Source: the human T2T-CHM13v2.0 reference genome, Homo sapiens. From it: 64,000 nt of DNA. The notes below the pieces were generated by a model. That model was not told the DNA's origin and searched no databases. It saw only the letters and a list, made by a program, of their open reading frames with translations. Numbering within the stretch: position 1 is the first letter of the stretch; every line of letters starts with the position of its first letter. The stretch lies in the NCBI RefSeq assembly GCF_009914755.1, contig NC_060937.1, one strand, 5' to 3'. This document shows, piece after piece, positions 61,371-64,000 of this stretch. The position numbers were made by a program, and so were the translations under genes.

Positions 61371-63559
61371 ATGTTTCTGTGGGCATTTCCATCCATTGGC
61401 CATGTGTGTAAGGATTCAGAAACTCAGTTAAAAGATGACCATGATGGATTAATGTATCTGTGATGGAGTAAAGAAAGTGCTTCTGCTGACATCTGAGTCA
61501 GGCAGACGACATATATTCTAGTTTTGAATTTTTATAACAACCTCACACATATATGGTGAATAACCTTCTGAGTGAGTGTTAAGCTAAAAACATATCGTTT
61601 TTGAGACATGAAAGTGGAGGTTGATCATTTGATTTTCATGGCAATCTCTTTCTTTTGAGTTGTAAACTTGTGGTGGTTTGGACATTTACAAAATACAGAC
61701 AAGGAAAATCATGATTTCTTTATTTAAAAAGGCTATGGCGTGCCTTCAGCACATTATCATTTTAGTTAATATATTCACTTGGCTTCCCTGTAAATGAAAC
61801 ATACTTATGCGAGGTGACTAATACATTAATCTAAGCTGATGGCATTTAAACCCTCTGCTCAAAATAGAAAGTGAGAGTTGGATCTGATTTTATTTCTGTG
61901 CCTTTTCAATATCTGTTGGAAGAATGGGAACATTTGATTTCACAGTACTTAAAGGGCTTTGCACAGCTTCTCATTTTGCTAGAGCCTAATTTCCATTGTA
62001 CTAGGGCTTACTTTGTCAAACATCTCAACCCAATTTGGGTGGGTGAAAAAGAGAAGAGTGAGAACAAAAACTAAAATAAGCTTCTGATTTCCTCTGGAAA
62101 TGCGGAAGTCAAACAAATGTCACTAATGGATTTAAGTATCTAGTTCCCTGGAATCTGTAATTATGAAATTTAAAGTATTCTTTACAAGAAAAAAATGGAA
62201 TCATTTTTAGTGAATCTTGCTGTTAATCTTCCCAATTATTCCCACACATTCAGTTCTTTCTCTTTCCTCTTTTCTTTGCTTCCTTCCCACACATTTACAA
62301 AGGAGAACATTTTTTTTTCTGAGTGTTTTTGAGCATTGCCTTTAAGTGAAAATATTTTCTTGATTGCTTCAGTAACTCCTAGTTTATCCACCTTAACTCA
62401 GATATCTGGATCTAACTTAGAAATCATATTGTTTCTCTAGAGGTTTATAAAGTTTATAAGTGCCATATTCTAGGATGTTCTAGCCCATTCAATATGTTTA
62501 ATGAAGAAAAGATACCTGGAGCTATGGAAATCGTATTTTAGAAAAGAAATATGACATATTAGCATGTATAATATGCATAAACCCAGCATTTTCAATAATG
62601 GAATGATCTTTGGGAAAGTCAGTTAACCTCGCTGGACTAAGATTTTTATCATAAAGTTCAGAGGGATTGGATTAAATGAATTGACCAATTTGGGCTCTCA
62701 AGAGCTGGTATTCTATGACTTTATTCTGTATAAAAAATGGAACCACTTATGGTCTTAAGTAAGGAATAGTAGAATTGTGTTCAAGGAAAATTAATATGAT
62801 AATGGTGAATAAAGTAGTTTGGAGAAGGGAAACTGGGCATGAGACATCTTGGTTCTTCCAAAATTAATGATGCTTTCCCTCTGGGCCAGACTTTACTTCT
62901 GTTATTTTTTCTCTGTCTTAATAAGATAAAAATTTTAGAACAATAACAGAGAACAGTGCAAAGGTTTTACTGCCTTGCTTTTTTCTGTAAAATGCAGAGC
63001 TATGAGATGCTTGGGAGTTATTTTCTTGCTCTTACCCTCTCTCTAATGCCGAGCATCTTGGATTATTAGTCCAGTACCAGAACAAAGATGAGGAGATGCA
63101 AGGAGGTGGAAAGGAAGAGGAGGAGGAAACATTTTCATACATTTTATTGCTTTTATCTTAGCAGAAACTCTAGGTCAGAGGTCACATTTTGTCACAACTC
63201 TAATTTCACTTGAGACTATGGCAGAGTGAGAATATCAAAAAGCAAGCAAACATAGCTTCTAGATGAATCTTGCTTCTCATGGGAACTTTGCCAACAGTAT
63301 GTGCTTTCTTGCATTGTTGTAACATGCATAGGCCATCTTCTGGGAAGGTTCGCAAAAACCCTTGTGGTATTTTTCCAAAGGCAGTAGACAGAGCGAAGAG
63401 ATTGATATATTTTTTTTTTTGCAAGGAGAAATAAAATAATTTATATGGTTATGTCACAGGGTTTTTTGGGCTCCTGTAACAGGCAGCAATTAGCAGGAGA
63501 GAGTTAATGGGAGCCCAAACTAGGGGGTTACAGTGGGAATGATAAAGTAAGAAAGTGCC

Positions 63560-64000
63560 ATTCCACACTGTGTACAGGAAGAGAAGCTTATTTGTGAGGC
63601 TTTGATGAGTTTGGGTTTGGTCATGTTGAGAAGCATTCCTATAACTACATCCAGCAGACATCCATCCTATAACTACATCATACATCCATTCCTATAAGTA
63701 CATCCACAGCAGCATACTTCCCTTCCTATAACTACATCCAGCAGATTTGGGCTGAAAATAAGGAGAACAGCCATGGAAAATAAGTGATGTTTGGAATTGT
63801 GACTGACATCATTGAGGGAGTGCATGCAGAATGAAATGGGAAGAGGGAAGCTGACACATTGTGTAGGGAGTATCTGTCTAGGTTGCAGGGGCAGGAGATA
63901 GGAGACAGCCGGAGAAGGCTTGGTCAGCGAGGCAGAGGAGTGTCAGACACGACCAGCATCACCAAAGCTGAGGGAGAGAGGTTCCTGGAAAGAGATGGCT
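63560..64000 (-). mobile_element. L2 remnant containing a short local repeat cluster
   Basis: tgagtttgggtttggtcatgttgag and purine-rich L2 antisense sequence. Confidence 0.55.

Noticed and set aside
63634-63745. CRISPR-like repeat-spacer appearance
   Set aside because: Eukaryotic context, irregular spacing, spacers derived from the repeat itself, no cas genes

Overview
Primate (human-like) genomic DNA, mostly interspersed repeats (Alu, L1, L2, MIR, MaLR/ERVL/ERV1 LTRs, Tigger, MER58, MADE1). The only convincing coding sequence is one internal + strand exon at 52413-52610 ([65 protein letters not shown]), which I recognise from memory as MTUS2 (TIP150), so the window reads as two long introns around one exon. 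The ORF-track entries are repeat-derived or spurious. Notable structures: a five-level transposon nest built on an old ERVL-class provirus (31782-45127), a near-perfect MADE1 hairpin, a tailless U2 snRNA retrocopy, a NAGNAG acceptor, an old permuted duplication carrying a strong 3' splice site downstream of the exon, and several templated-insertion or fold-back scars. I see no convincing previously undescribed biological system; the findings are local, testable curiosities. Repeat subfamily names come from recalled consensus sequences and boundaries without TSD support are approximate.
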